A stretch of 64,000 nucleotides of DNA, taken from the NCBI RefSeq assembly GCF_044704955.1, contig NC_092007.1:10354001-10418000 (forward strand), in the 5' to 3' direction. The position numbers and the translations under genes were made by a program. The stretch's first letter is position 1. Every line of letters begins with the position of its first letter. Below are positions 13,830-26,029 of the stretch, piece by piece. The notes under the pieces are model-generated. The model saw nothing but the letters and a program-made list of their open reading frames with translations, searched no databases and was not told the DNA's origin. The stretch comes from Pristiophorus japonicus (lineage: Eukaryota).

Positions 13830-14270
13830 AGAGGAGGGGGGGCTGGAGATGGCGGGTTTGGGAGGTTTTGTCCGAGGATGTTGGGGGCCGGGCACAGCGG
13901 AGAAAGGAAACTTGTCCTCCTTGTCCTGTCGCCCTCCTCGAGGTAGCCTCAATTGCAGCCAATAAACTCATTCTCCCACTGAATAACTCCATTAGGGTAA
14001 ATCCAACTGCTTCTCCCAGCTGACTGAACATTTCCCCCTCAACAGCCCCTTCTCTCCGCTCCCTGAGGGGGATTTGCCCCAATACACTCAGCTTCCAATT
14101 CTCAAACCAAGCTTTTCCCCGCCAAACGGTTTGTGCTCGCGGGGGGGGGGTCGCGACCCGGGAGGCAGCCGGCCAATCAGGGGGAGCCGGGCAGCCGCTG
14201 TCACTCAGCGGGCCCCGCCCACTCTGGCCGCGCGCGCCCTCCACTCCAACGGCTCGCTGTGCCGCGCGGC
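13830..14270 (-). repeat. Proximal part of the dispersed unit (paralog of 39955-40360)
   Basis: Shared FENWKLS..IPLR..REGAVEGEMFS..AVGFTLMELFSGRMSLLA stretch in ORFs 13771- and 40072+. Confidence 0.9.
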
Positions 14271-14385
14271 GGAGTGGGCGGGGCCCGCTGAGTGACAGCG
14301 GCTGCCCGGCTCCCCCTGATTGGCCGGCTGCCTCCCGCCGCGCGCGGCTCAGCGAGCGTTGGGCGGGGTCAGAGTGGGCGGGGCC
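14159..14385. promoter_or_regulatory. CpG-island promoter-like region with perfect 66-bp inverted repeat
   Basis: Arms 14159-14224 and 14272-14337; each has GGGCGGGGC, TGAGTGACAG and CTGATTGG. Function inferred from motifs only. Confidence 0.6.
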
Positions 14386-14589
14386 AGTGTTGGGCTCCAC
14401 AGCCCGCCGTCTCTCAGTGTTTGTCTCCAGTCACACAATGGGCAGAGCACAGAAGGAGGCCATTCGGCAACACGTGGAGACAGGCCCGACCGACAGGCCC
14501 CTGTGTCTGGGAAAGGTCAACTCACTTTTCACTTTTCTCCCATCACCACAGAAAAAGTCTTGTGTTTAAAGGGTGGCTTTCCTGTCAAG

Positions 14590-17500
14590 TGACACAGTGC
14601 TCCCTCAGTACTGCCCCTCCGACAGTGTGGTACTCCCTCAGTACTGCCCTCCGACAGTGTGGTACTCCCTCAGTACTGCCCTCCGACAGTGTGGTACTCC
14701 CTCAGTACTGCCCCTCCGACAGTGCGGCACTCCCTCAGTACTGTCCCTCCGACAGTGTGGTACTCCCTCAGTACTGTCCTCCGACAGTGTGGTACTCCCT
14801 CAGTACTGTCCCTCCGACAGTGAGGTACTCCCTCAGTACTGTCCTCCGACAGTGTGGTACTCCCTCAGTACTGTCCCTCCGACAGTGTGGCACTCCCTCA
14901 GTACTGTCCCTCCGACAGTGTGGTACTCCCTCAGTACTGTCCTCCGACAGTGCGGTACTCCCTCAGTACTGCCCTCCGACAGTGTGGTACTCCCTCAGTA
15001 CTGTCCCTCCGACAGTGTGGTACTCCCTCAGTACTGCCCTCCGACAGTGTGGTACTCCCTCAGTACTGTCCCTCCGACAGTGTGGTACTCCCTCAGTACT
15101 GCCCTCCGACAGTGAGGTACTCCCTCAGTACTGTCCTCCGACAGTGTGGTACTCCCTCAGTACTGCCCCTCCGACAGTGCGGTACTCCCTCAGTACTGCC
15201 CCTCCGACAGTGTGGTACTCCCTCAGTACTGCCCCTCCGACAGTGTGGTACTCCCTCAGTACTGCCCTCTGACAGTGTGGTACTCCCTCAGTACTGTCCC
15301 TCCGACAGTGTGGTACTCCCTCAGTACTGCCCCTCCGACAGTGTGGTACTCCCTCAGTACTGCCCTCCGACAGTGTGGTACTCCCTCAGTACTGCCCTCC
15401 GACAGTGTGGTACTCCCTCAGTACTGCCCCTCCGACAGTGTGGTACTCCCTCAGTACTGCCCTCCGACAGTGTGGTACTCCCTCAGTACTGCCCCTCCGA
15501 CAGTGTGGTACTCCCTCAGTACTGCCCTCCGACAGTGCGGCGCTCCCTCAGTACTGTCCCTCCGATAGTGCGGTGCTCCCTCAGTATTGCCCCTCCGACA
15601 GTGCGGCACTCCCTCAGTACTGCCCTCCGACAGTGCGGCGCTCCCTCAGTACTGTCCCTCCGACAGTGCGGCGCTCCCTCAGTACTGCCCCTCCGACAGT
15701 GTGGTACTCCCTCAGTACTGCCCCTCCGACAGTGTGGTACTCCCTCAGTACTGCCCTCCGACAGTGCGGCGCTCCCTCAGTACTGTCCCTCCGATAGTGC
15801 GGTGCTCCCTCAGTATTGCCCCTCCGACAGTGCGGCACTCCCTCAGTACTGCCCTCCGACAGTGCGGCGCTCCCTCAGTACTGTCCCTCCGACAGTGCGG
15901 CGCTCCCTCAGTACTGCCCCTCCGACAGTGTGGTACTCCCTCAGTACTGCCCCTCCGACAGTGTGGTACTCCCTCAGTACTGCCCTCCGACAGTGTGGTA
16001 CTCCCTCAGTACTGCCCTCCGACAGTGTGGTACTCCCTCAGTACTGTCCCTCCGACAGTGTGGTACTCCCTCAGTACTGCCCTCCGACAGTGTGGTACTC
16101 CCTCAGTACTGCCCCTCGGACAGTGTGGTACTCCCTCAGTACTGCCCTCCGACAGTGTGGTACTCCCTCAGTACTGCCCCTCCGACAGTGTGGTACTCCC
16201 TCAGTACTGCCCTCCGACAGTGTGGTACTCCCTCAGTACTGCCCTCCGACAGTGTGGTACTCCCTCAGTACTGCCCCTCCGACAGTGTGGTACTCCCTCA
16301 GTACTGCCCTCCGACAGTGTGGTACTCCCTCAGTACTGCCCTCCGACAGTGTGGTACTCCCTCAGTACTGCCCTCCGACAGTGTGGTACTCCCTCAGTAC
16401 TGCCCTCCGACAGTGTGGTACTCCCTCAGTACTGCCCCTCCGACAGTGTGGTACTCCCTCAGTACTGCCCCTCCGACAGTGTGGTACTCCCTCAGTACTG
16501 CCCCTCCGACAGTGTGGTACTCCCTCAGTACTGCCCTCCGACAGTGCGGTACTCCCTCAGTACTGCCCCTCCGACAGTGTGGTACTCCCTCAGTACTGCC
16601 CCTCCGACAGTGTGGTACTCCCTCAGTACTGCCCTCCGACAGTGCGGTACTCCCTCAGTACTGCCCCTCCGACAGTGTGGTACTCCCTCAGTACTGCCCT
16701 CCGACAGTGTGGTACTCCCTCAGTACTGCCCCTCCGACAGTGTGGTACTCCCTCAGTACTGCCCCTCCGACAGTCAGTACTGCCCTCCGACAGTGTGGTG
16801 CTCCCTCAGTACTGCCCCTCCGACAGTGTGGTACTCCCTCAGTACTGCTCTCCGACAGTGTGGTACTCCCTCAGTACTGCCCCTCCGACAGTCAGTACTG
16901 CCCTCCGACAGTGTGGTGCTCCCTCAGTACTGCCCCTCCGACAGTGTGGTACTCCCTCAGTACTGCCCCTCCGACAGTGTGGTACTCCCTCAGTACTGTC
17001 CTCCGACAGTGTGGTACTCCCTCAGTACTGCTCTCCGACAGTGTGGTACTCCCTCAGTACTGCCCCTCCGACAGTCAGTACTGCCCTCCGACAGTGTGGT
17101 ACTCCCTCAGTACTGCCCTCCGACAGTGTGGTACTCCCTCAGTACTGCCCCTCCGACAGTGTGGTACTCCCTCAGTACTGTCCCTCCGACAGTGTGGTAC
17201 TCCCTCAGTACTGTCCCTCCGACAGTGTGGTACTCCCTCAGTACTGTCCTCCGACAGTGTGGTACTCCCTCAGTACTGTCCTCCGACAGTGTGGTACTCC
17301 CTCAGTACTGCCCTCCGACAGTGTGGTACTCCCTCAGTACTGACCCTCCGACAGTGTGGTACTCCCTCAGTACTGCCCTCCGACAGTGTGGTACTCCCTC
17401 AGTACTGCCCTCCGACAGTGTGGTACTCCCTCAGTACTGCCCTCCGACAGTGTGGTACTCCCTCAGTACTGTCCCTCCGACAGTGTGGTACTCCCTCAGT

Positions 17501-20500
17501 TCTGCCCCTCCGACAGTGTGGTACTCCCTCAGTACTGCCCTCCGACAGTGTGGTACTCCCTCAGTACTGCCCCTCCGACAGTGTGGTACTCCCTCAGTAC
17601 TGCCCTCCGACAGTGCGGCGCTCCCTCAGTACTGTCCCTCCGATAGTGCGGTGCTCCCTCAGTATTGCCCCTCCGACAGTGCGGCACTCCCTCAGTACTG
17701 CCCCTCCGACAGTGTGGTACTCCCTCAGTACTGCCCTCCGACAGTGAGGCGCTCCCTCAGTACTGTCCCTCCGACAGTGCGGCGCTCCCTCAGTACTGCC
17801 CCTCCGACAGTGAGGTACTCCCTCAGTACTGCCCCTCCGACAGTGTGGTACTCCCTCAGTACTGCCCTCCGACAGTGTGGTACTCCCTCAGTACTGCCCT
17901 CCGACAGTGTGGTACTCCCTCAGTACTGTCCCTCCGACAGTGTGGTACTCCCTCAGTACTGCCCCTCCGACAGTGCGGTACTCCCTCAGTACTGCCCCTC
18001 CGACAGTGTGGTACTCCCTCAGTACTGCCCCTCCGACAGTGTGGTACTCCCTCAGTACTGCCCTCCGACAGTGTGGTACTCCCTCAGTACTGCCCTCCGA
18101 CAGTGTGGTACTCCCTCAGTACCGCCCCTCCGACAGTGTGGTACTCCCTCAGTACTGTCCCTCCGACAGTGTGGTACTCCCTCAGTACTGCCCCTCCGAC
18201 AGTGCGGTACTCCCTCAGTACTGCCCCTCCGACAGTGCGGTACTCCCTCAGTACTGCCCCTCCGACAGTGTGGTACTCCCTCAGTACTGCCCCTCCGACA
18301 GTGTGGTACTCCCTCAGTACTGCCCCTCCGACAGTGTGGTACTCCCTCAGTACTGACAATCCGACAGTGTGGTACTCCCTCAGTACTGCCCCTCCGACAG
18401 TGTGGTACTCCCTCAGTACTGCCCCTCCGACAGTGTGGTACTCCCTCAGTACTGTCCTCCAACAGTGTGGCACTCCCTCAGTACTGCCCTCCGACAGTGC
18501 GGTACTCCCTCAGTACTGCCCTCCGACAGTGTGGTACTCCCTCAGTACTGCCCTCCGACAGTGTGGTACTCCCTCAGTACTGCCCTCCGACAGTGTGGTA
18601 CTCCCTCAGTACTGCCCTCCGACAGTATGGTACTCCCTCAGTACTGCCCTCCGACAGTGTGGTACTCCCTCAGTACTGTCCCTCCGACAGTGAGGTACTC
18701 CCTCAGTACCGCCCCTCCGACAGTGCGGCGCTCCCTCAGTACTGCCCTCCGACAGTGCGGCGCTCCCTCAGTACTGTCCCTCCGATAGTGCGGTGCTCCC
18801 TCAGTATTGCCCCTCCGACAGTGCGGCACTCCCTCAGTACTGCCCCTCCGACAGTGTGGTACTCCCTCAGTACTGCCCTCCGACAGTGAGGCGCTCCCTC
18901 AGTACTGTCCCTCCGACAGTGCGGCGCTCCCTCAATACTGCCCCTCCGACAGTGAGGTACTCCCTCAGTACTGCCCCTCCGACAGTGTGGTACTCCCTCA
19001 GTACTGCCCTCCGACAGTGTGGTACTCCCTCAGTACTGCCCTCCGACAGTGTGGTACTCCCTCAGTACTGTCCCTCCGACAGTGTGGTACTCCCTCAGTA
19101 CTGCCCCTCCGACAGTGCGGTACTCCCTCAGTACTGCCCCTCCGACAGTGTGGTACTCCCTCAGTACTGCCCCTCCGACAGTGTGGTACTCCCTCAGTAC
19201 TGCCCTCCGACAGTGTGGTACTCCCTCAGTACTGCCCTCCGACAGTGTGGTACTCCCTCAGTACCGCCCCTCCGACAGTGTGGTACTCCCTCAGTACTGT
19301 CCCTCCGACAGTGTGGTACTCCCTCAGTACTGCCCCTCCGACAGTGTGGTACTCCCTCAGTACTGCCCCTCCGACAGTGCGGTACTCCCTCAGTACTGTC
19401 CTCCGACAGTGCGGTACTCCCTCAGTACTGCCCTCCGACAGTGTGGTACTCCCTCAGTACTGTCCCTCCGACAGTGTGGTACTCCCTCAGTACTGTCCCT
19501 CCGACAGTGAGGTACTCCCTCAGTACTGCCCCTCCGACAGTGTGGTACTCCCTCAGTACTGCCCTCCGACAGTGTGGAACTCCGTCAGTTCTGCCCCTCC
19601 GACAGTGTGGTACTCCCTCATTACTGCCCCTCCGACAGTGCGGTACTCCCTCAGTACTGCCCTCCGACAGTGTGGTACTCCCTCAGTACTGCCCTCCGAC
19701 AGTGCGGCGCTCCCTCAGTACTGTCCCTCCGATAGTGCGGTGCTCCCTCAGTATTGCCCCTCCGACAGTGCGGCACTCCCTCAGTACTGCCCCTCCGACA
19801 GTGTGGTACTCCCTCAGTACTGCCCTCCGACAGTGAGGCGCTCCCTCAGTACTGTCCCGCCGACAGTGCGGCGCTCCCTCAGTACTGCCCCTCCGACAGT
19901 GTGGTACTCCCTCAGTACTGCCCCTCCGACAGTGTGGTACTCCCTCAGTACTGCCCCTCCGACAGTGTGGTACTCCCTCAGTACTGCCCTCCGACAGTGT
20001 GGTACTCCCTCAGTACTGCCCTCCGACAGTGTGGTACTCCCTCAGTACTGTCCCTCCGACAGTGTGGTACTCCCTCAGTACTGCCCCTCCGACAGTGCGG
20101 TACTCCCTCAGTACTGCCCCTCCGAGAGTGTGGTACTCCCCCTCCGAGAGTGTGGTACTCCCTCAGTACTGCCCCTCCGACAGTGCGGTACTCCCTCAGT
20201 ACTGCCCTCCGACAGTGTGGTACTCCCTCAGTACTGCCCTCCGACAGTGTGGTACTCCCTCAGTACCGCCCCTCCGACAGTGTGGTACTCCCTCAGTACT
20301 GTCCCTCCGACAGTGTGGTACTCCCTCAGTATTGCCCCTCCGACAGTGTGGTACTCCCTCAGTACTGCCCCTCCGACAGTGCGGTACTCCCTCAGTACTG
20401 TCCTCCGACAGTGTGGTACTCCCTCAGTACTGCCCTCCGACAGTGTGGTACTCCCTCAGTACTGTCCCTCCGACAGTGTGGTACTCCCTCAGTACTGCCC

Positions 20501-22790
20501 CTCTGACAGTGTGGTACTCCCTCAGTACTGCCCCTCCGACAGTGCGGTACTCCCTCAGTACTGCCCCTCCGACAGTGCGGCACTCCCTCAGTACTGCCCT
20601 CCGACAGTGTGGTACTCCCTCAGTACTGCCCCTCCGACAGTGCGGTACTCCCTCAGTACTGTCCCTCCGACAGTGCGGTACTCCCTCAGTACTGCCCTCC
20701 GACAGTGTGGTACTCCCTCAGTACTGTCCCTCCGACAGTGAGGTACTCCCTCAGTACTGCCCCTCCGACAGTGTGGTACTCCCTCAGTACTGCCCTCCGA
20801 CAGTGTGGAACTCCGTCAGTTCTGCCCCTCCGACAGTGTGGTACTCCCTCAGTACTGCCCTCCGACAGTGTGGTACTCCCTCAGTACTGCCCTCCGACAG
20901 TGTGGCACTCCCTCAGTACTGCCCTCCGACAGTGCGGCGCTCCCTCAGTACTGTCCCTCCGATAGTGCGGTACTCCCTCAGTACTGCCCCTCCGACAGTG
21001 TGGTACTCCCTCAGTACTGTCCCTCCGACAGTGTGGTACTCCCTCAGTACTGCCCTCCGACAGTGTGGTACTCCCTCAGTACTGTCCCTGCGACAGTGTT
21101 GTACTCCCTCAGTACTGCCCTCCGACAGTGTGGTACTCCCTCAGTACTGCCCTCCGACAGTGTGGTACTCCCTCAGTATTGCCCCTCCGACAGTGTGGTA
21201 CTCCCTCAGTACGACCCTCCGACAGTGCAGCACTCCCTCAGTACTGTCCCTCCGACAGTGCAGTACTCCCTCAGTACTGTCCCTCCGACAGTGCGGTACT
21301 CCCTCAGTACTGTCCCTCCAACAGTGCGGTACTCCCTCAGTACTGTCCTCCGACAGTGCGGTACTCCCTCAGTACTGTCCCTCCGACAGTGCGGTACTCC
21401 CTCAGTACTGTCCCTCCGACAGTGTGGTACTCCCTCAGTACTGTCCTCCGACAGTGCGGCACTCCCTCAGTACTGCCCCTCCAACAGTGTGGTGCTCCCT
21501 CAGTACTGCCCCTCCGACAGTGCGGCGCTGCCTCAGTACTGCCCCTCCGACAGTGTGGCACTCCCTCAGTACTGCCCCTCCGACAGTGCGGCACTCCCTC
21601 AGTACTGTCCCTCCGACAGTGTGGCACTCCCTCAGTACTGCCCCTCCGACAGTGTGGCACTCCCTCAGTACTGTCCCTCCGACAGTGCGGCACTCCCTCA
21701 GTACCGCCCCTCCGACAGTGCGGCACTCCCTCAGTACTGTCCCTCCGACAGTGCGGCACTCCCTCAGTACCGCCCCTCCGACAGTGTGGCACTCCCTCAG
21801 TACTGCCCCTCCGACAGTGCGGCACTCCCTCAGTACTGCCCTCCGACAGTGCAGTACTCCCTCAGTACTGTCCCTCCGACAGTGCGGTACTCCCTCAGTA
21901 CTGTCCCTCCAACAGTGCGGTACTCCCTCAGTACTGTCCTCCGACAGTGCGGTACTCCCTCAGTACTGTCCCTCCGACAGTGCGGTACTCCCTCAGTACT
22001 GTCCCTCCGACAGTGTGGTACTCCCTCAGTACTGTCCTCCGACAGTGCGGCACTCCCTCAGTACTGCCCCTCCAACAGTGTGGTGCTCCCTCAGTACTGC
22101 CCCTCCGACAGTGCGGCGCTGCCTCAGTACTGCCCCTCCGACAGTGTGGCACTCCCTCAGTACTGCCCCTCCGACAGTGCGGCACTCCCTCAGTACTGTC
22201 CCTCCGACAGTGTGGCACTCCCTCAGTACTGCCCCTCCGACAGTGTGGCACTCCCTCAGTACTGTCCCTCCGACAGTGCGGCACTCCCTCAGTACCGCCC
22301 CTCCGACAGTGCGGCACTCCCTCAGTACTGTCCCTCCGACAGTGCGGCACTCCCTCAGTACCGCCCCTCCGACAGTGTGGCACTCCCTCAGTACTGTCCC
22401 TCCGACAGTGTGACACTCCCTCAGTACTGTCCCTCCGACAGTGTGACACTCCCTCAGTACTGTCCCTCCGACAGTGCGGCACTCCCTCAGTACCGCCCCT
22501 CCGACAGTGCGGCACTCCCTCAGTACTGCCCCTCCGACAGTGCGGCACTCCCTCAGTACTGCCCCTCCGACAGTGTGGCACTCCCTCAGTACCGCCCCTC
22601 CGACAGTGCGGCACTCCCTCAGTACTGCCCTCCGACAGTGTGGTACTCCCTCAGTACTGTCCCTCCGACAGTGTGGTGCTCCCTCAGTACTGTCCCTCCG
22701 ACAGTGTGGTACTCCCTCAGTACTGCCCTCTGACAGTGTGGTACTCCCTCAGTACTGTCCCTCCGACAGTGCGGCACTCCCTGAGTACTG
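14590..22790 (+). repeat. 32/33-bp satellite array (~250 units)
   Basis: Unit CTCCCTCAGTACTGCC(C)CTCCGACAGTGTGGTA; internal block duplications (e.g. offsets 229 and 1142). Confidence 0.98.
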
Positions 22791-22859
22791 GCCCTCAATG
22801 ACTGACCAAGAGGCAGCTGGTGCTTTGCTCCTGAGCCGCCTCTCAGGCTGCAGTAACCC

Positions 22860-22930
22860 GCGGACTGGACTTCCTGTTGTCTCTGAGCGCTGTGGGCGGG
22901 GCCTCACCGCAGGCCCGGATTGGTCCCCCC
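22860..22930 (+). promoter_or_regulatory. Possible promoter of the B7-like gene
   Basis: GC-rich; ACTTCCTG (ETS-like), GGGCGGGGC and ATTGG clustered upstream of candidate first exons. Confidence 0.3.
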
Positions 22931-23084
22931 CGCTTTTGGTGATGTACTGTGGTTTGATACACGCTCCGATCCTCACCGCCCTCCCATATTGTTTGTAAAG
23001 TCCCCGTGTCCCGATCCTCACCCATTCACCGTCTCCGGCAATGTGGCCCCGGGGAGAGTGAGCGATGGGACAAGCGCTGCAGGT

Positions 23085-23520
23085 AGGGGGAGGGGAATGT
23101 GGGTGGGGGTTGGCGGGGGGGGAGAGAGGGAGTGGGGGGAGAGATAGAGTTGGGGGAGAGATAGAGTGGGGAAATAGAGAGAGTGGGGAAATAGAGAGAG
23201 GGGGGAAATAGAGAGAGAGAGGGAAAATAAAGATAGAGGGGAATTAGAAAAAGAGAGAGAAGAGGGAATAGATAGAGAGAGAGCAAGAGAGGGGGAAGAG
23301 AGAGAGCAAGAGGGGGGCAGAGAAAGGAGGAAGAGAGAGAGCGAGAGAGAGAGAAAAGAGAGAGTGGGTGGGGTGGAGGGTAAGAGAGAGGGAGAGAGAG
23401 AGTGTGGGGATATAGAGACAGAGTTGGGGAGGAAGGGGAGAGAGGGTGCTGGGGGGCGGAAGAGAAAGAGGGAGAGACAGAGAGAATGGCGGGCAGAGAG
23501 AGTGAGGCGGAGGGAGGAAC
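23085..23520. repeat. GA-rich low-complexity tract
   Basis: Almost purely G/A on the + strand. Confidence 0.9.
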
Positions 23521-23883
23521 ACTGCAGGTACGGTGAGAAGGTGAGTGGATGGGACGGTGTCCAGGGATCTCCCACGCCCTGCCATGCGTGTTTCTCCCTC
23601 TTTTCTCCCTCTGTTCCCCCGCCCCCCCCTCTCCCCTCCATTGCCCCGGGTAGTGTGTCACTGCCCCTGGGGAAAAGTCCCCTAAAGGGGTTTAGACGAG
23701 GCAACTCCTCACCAGGCAGAGGTGGGAGGATGAGAGAAGATTAAATCACAAACTCTCACTTACAGCAAGTGGGACATTGGAGCAATTGGTGGGTAGAGGC
23801 ACAGATCCTCCTGTCAATCATCACCCCGGGGAAAGCAGGAGGCGGGAACTGTGCAAAGGCTTCACTCTGCTTTCTTGTTGCAG

Positions 23884-23941
23884 GGACCCACCTGGCAGAA
23901 CCTGTTGCTGCTGCTGCTGCTGAATACTGCTGGGGTGTCGG
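23884..23941 (+). pseudogene. Signal-peptide exon of B7-like receptor
   Basis: Pyrimidine tract + CAG acceptor; GPTWQNLLLLLLLNTAGVS; phase-1 G|GTAAGT donor compatible with the IgV exon at 25655. Candidate phase-0 ATG exons at 23065-23082 or 23486-23527. Confidence 0.7.
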
Positions 23942-24049
23942 GTAAGTGCTGTGACTCGAGGAAAAAGGCCTTCTTCTCAGCCCGGGTGTTAGTCATTCTC
24001 TGTTCTTGCGTTTCCAAACTATCTGTTCATAAATGTCTCTTTCCTCCAG

Positions 24050-25170
24050 AGAATCACAGTAGGAGGCCATTCTGCCCATCGAGCCCGTGCCGGCTCTCTG
24101 CAAGAACATTTCTCCCAGTCCCACTCCCCCGCCCTTTACTTCTAGCCCTACAAATGTTTTCCTTCAGGTACTTCTCCAATTCAACTTTGAAAGCCACGAG
24201 TGAATCTGCCACCACTACCCTATCAGGCAGTGCATTCCAGATCCTAACCACTCGCTGCGTAAAAACGTTTTGCCTCGTGTCGCCTTTGTTCTTCTGCCAA
24301 TCATCTTAAATCTGTGTCCTCTGGGAACGGTTTTTCAGAATTGGACACAATGCTCCAGTTGAGGCCAAACCAGTGTTTTATACAGGTTCATCTTAACTTC
24401 CTTACTTTTGTACTCTATGCCTCTATTTAGGGAGCCTGGGGTCCCATGTGCTTTTTTTTAACCATCTATATGGCTCAGAGACATGACCATGTACAGTAGA
24501 CATCTCAAGTCACTGGAGAAATACCACCTCCGGAAGATCCTACAAATCCTCTGGGAGGGCAGATGCATCAATGTTCGCGTCTTCGACCAGGCCGACATCC
24601 CCAGCATTGAAGCAGTGACTACACTACCACACTTGATCAGCTCTGCTGGGCAGCCCACATCATTTGCATGCCAGACACGAGACTCCCAAAGCAAGCGCTG
24701 TACTCGGATCTCCTTCACGGCAAACAAGCCAAAGGTGGGCAGAGGAAACGTTACAAGGGACACCCTCAAAGCCTCCCTGATAAAGTGCAACATCCCCACC
24801 GACACCTGGGAGTCCCTGGGCCCAAAGACCAGTCCGCCCTAAGTGGAGGAAGTGCATCCGGGAGGGCGCTGAGCACCTCGAGTCTCGTCGCCGAGAGCGT
24901 GCAGAAACCGAGCGCAGGCAGCGGAAGGAGCGTGCGGCAAACCAGTCTCACCCACCCTTTCCCTCAACCACTGTCTGTCCCACCTGTGACAGGGACCGTG
25001 GTTCCCGTATTGGACTGTTCAGTCACCTAAGGACTCATTTTAAGAGTGGAAGCAAGTCTTCCTCGATTCCGAGGGACTGCCTATGATGATGATTTTAACC
25101 ACTGTCTCAACCTGGCCTGCCACCTCCAATGATTTGTGCACATATACCCCCAGGTCTCTCTGTTCCTGCA
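24050..25170 (-). mobile_element. CR1 3' fragment interrupted by an RTE fragment
   Basis: Minus peptide VRIWNALPDRVVVADSLVAFKVELEKYL; resumes after 25093. Confidence 0.8.
24465..25093 (+). mobile_element. RTE LINE 3' fragment
   Basis: MPDTRLPKQALYS, TLKASLIKCNIPTDTWESL; ATGATGATGAT tail; TTTAACCA duplicated on both sides. Confidence 0.88.
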
Positions 25171-25189
25171 CCCTCCACATTGCTGTATA

Positions 25190-25468
25190 AATAAAACCAG
25201 AAAATGCTGGCATTACTCAGCAGGTCAGGCAGCATCTGTAGAGACAAACAGAGTTAATGTTTCAGGTTTCTATAAAGGAGTTAGATATAGTCCTTACTAC
25301 TAGGGGGATCAAGGGGTATGGCGAGAAAGCAGGAATGGGATACTGAGGTTGCATGTTCAGCCATGAACTCATTGAATGGCGGTGCAGGCTAGATGGGCCG
25401 AATGGCCTGCTCCTGCACCTATTTTCTATGTTTCTATGTTTCTATGTCAGCGATCATTTGTCAGAACC
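25190..25468. mobile_element. Penelope-type terminal arm split by a CR1 3' tail (25268-25446, +)
   Basis: AAAATGCTGG..CAGCAGGTCAGGCAGCATCTG..GAGTTAATGTTTCAGG as at 48350 and 51680; insert ends in (TTTCTATG)n. Confidence 0.7.
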
Positions 25469-25654
25469 GTCAGCATGCTATATAAATGGTGCTTGTTGTA
25501 AATAGTACATGCCTGAGCTTCAGCCTTCTCTCACAGCACTGAAAGCAGTGAGTTACTGGTCAGAGCTTCTCGGAGTGTAACCGTGTGAAGCTTGGGCTGT
25601 AATGTACCAGCAGGGAGGTTCTATCTGTGCTGAAATACTTTCAATCTTTTCCAG

Positions 25655-25980
25655 GTTCTTTGCCTGTCACAGTTTCTGGGTGCGTTGGGGGGCAGGTTGT
25701 GCTGCCCTGTACCTACAAAGGGAACGCCCCAGTCAAAGATTTACAAGTACTCTGGCAAATACCCGGGCATGTAATTGTCCACAAGTTTGCCGATGGGAGG
25801 GATAATTTGACACGGCAAAACCCGCAGTACAGAAAGAGAACAAAGCTCTTCAAAGAACAACTGGAACACGACAACTCAGTTATACTCTCTGACCTCAGGG
25901 AGTCTGACCAGAACACGTATGAGTGTCAGATTGGCGTTTTTCTTAGGTGCACCGTGTCTCAGTCCATCTCTTTATCCCAG
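25655..25980 (+). pseudogene. B7/butyrophilin-family (CD276/ICOSL-like) IgV exon, copy 1, frameshifted
   Basis: VVLPCTY..LQVLWQ..Q.PQYRKRTKLF..SVILSDLRESDQNTYEC; 326 nt versus 345 nt in copy 2 (3-nt and ~16-nt deletions), so the donor is out of phase. Confidence 0.88.
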
Positions 25981-26029
25981 GTGAGAGCTTTCTGTTTCAG
26001 GATTTCTGCATTTAATCTCTGATTTATGT

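Noticed and set aside
14078-14089. CCCAATACACTC match to the 31-bp satellite as its source
   Set aside because: Only 12 bp and plausible by chance; the flanks do not align.
14289-14325. MHC class II S-X-Y promoter
   Set aside because: A Y-box-like CTGATTGG is present, but there is no X1/RFX box or MHC exon; the TALE decamer fits better.
1-22790. CRISPR-like arrays (31-43 bp repeats)
   Set aside because: No unique spacers, no cas genes, eukaryotic context.
14573-22801. ORFs up to 1100 aa (PQYCPSDSVVL)
   Set aside because: Stop-poor satellite; frames switch with 32/33-bp units.
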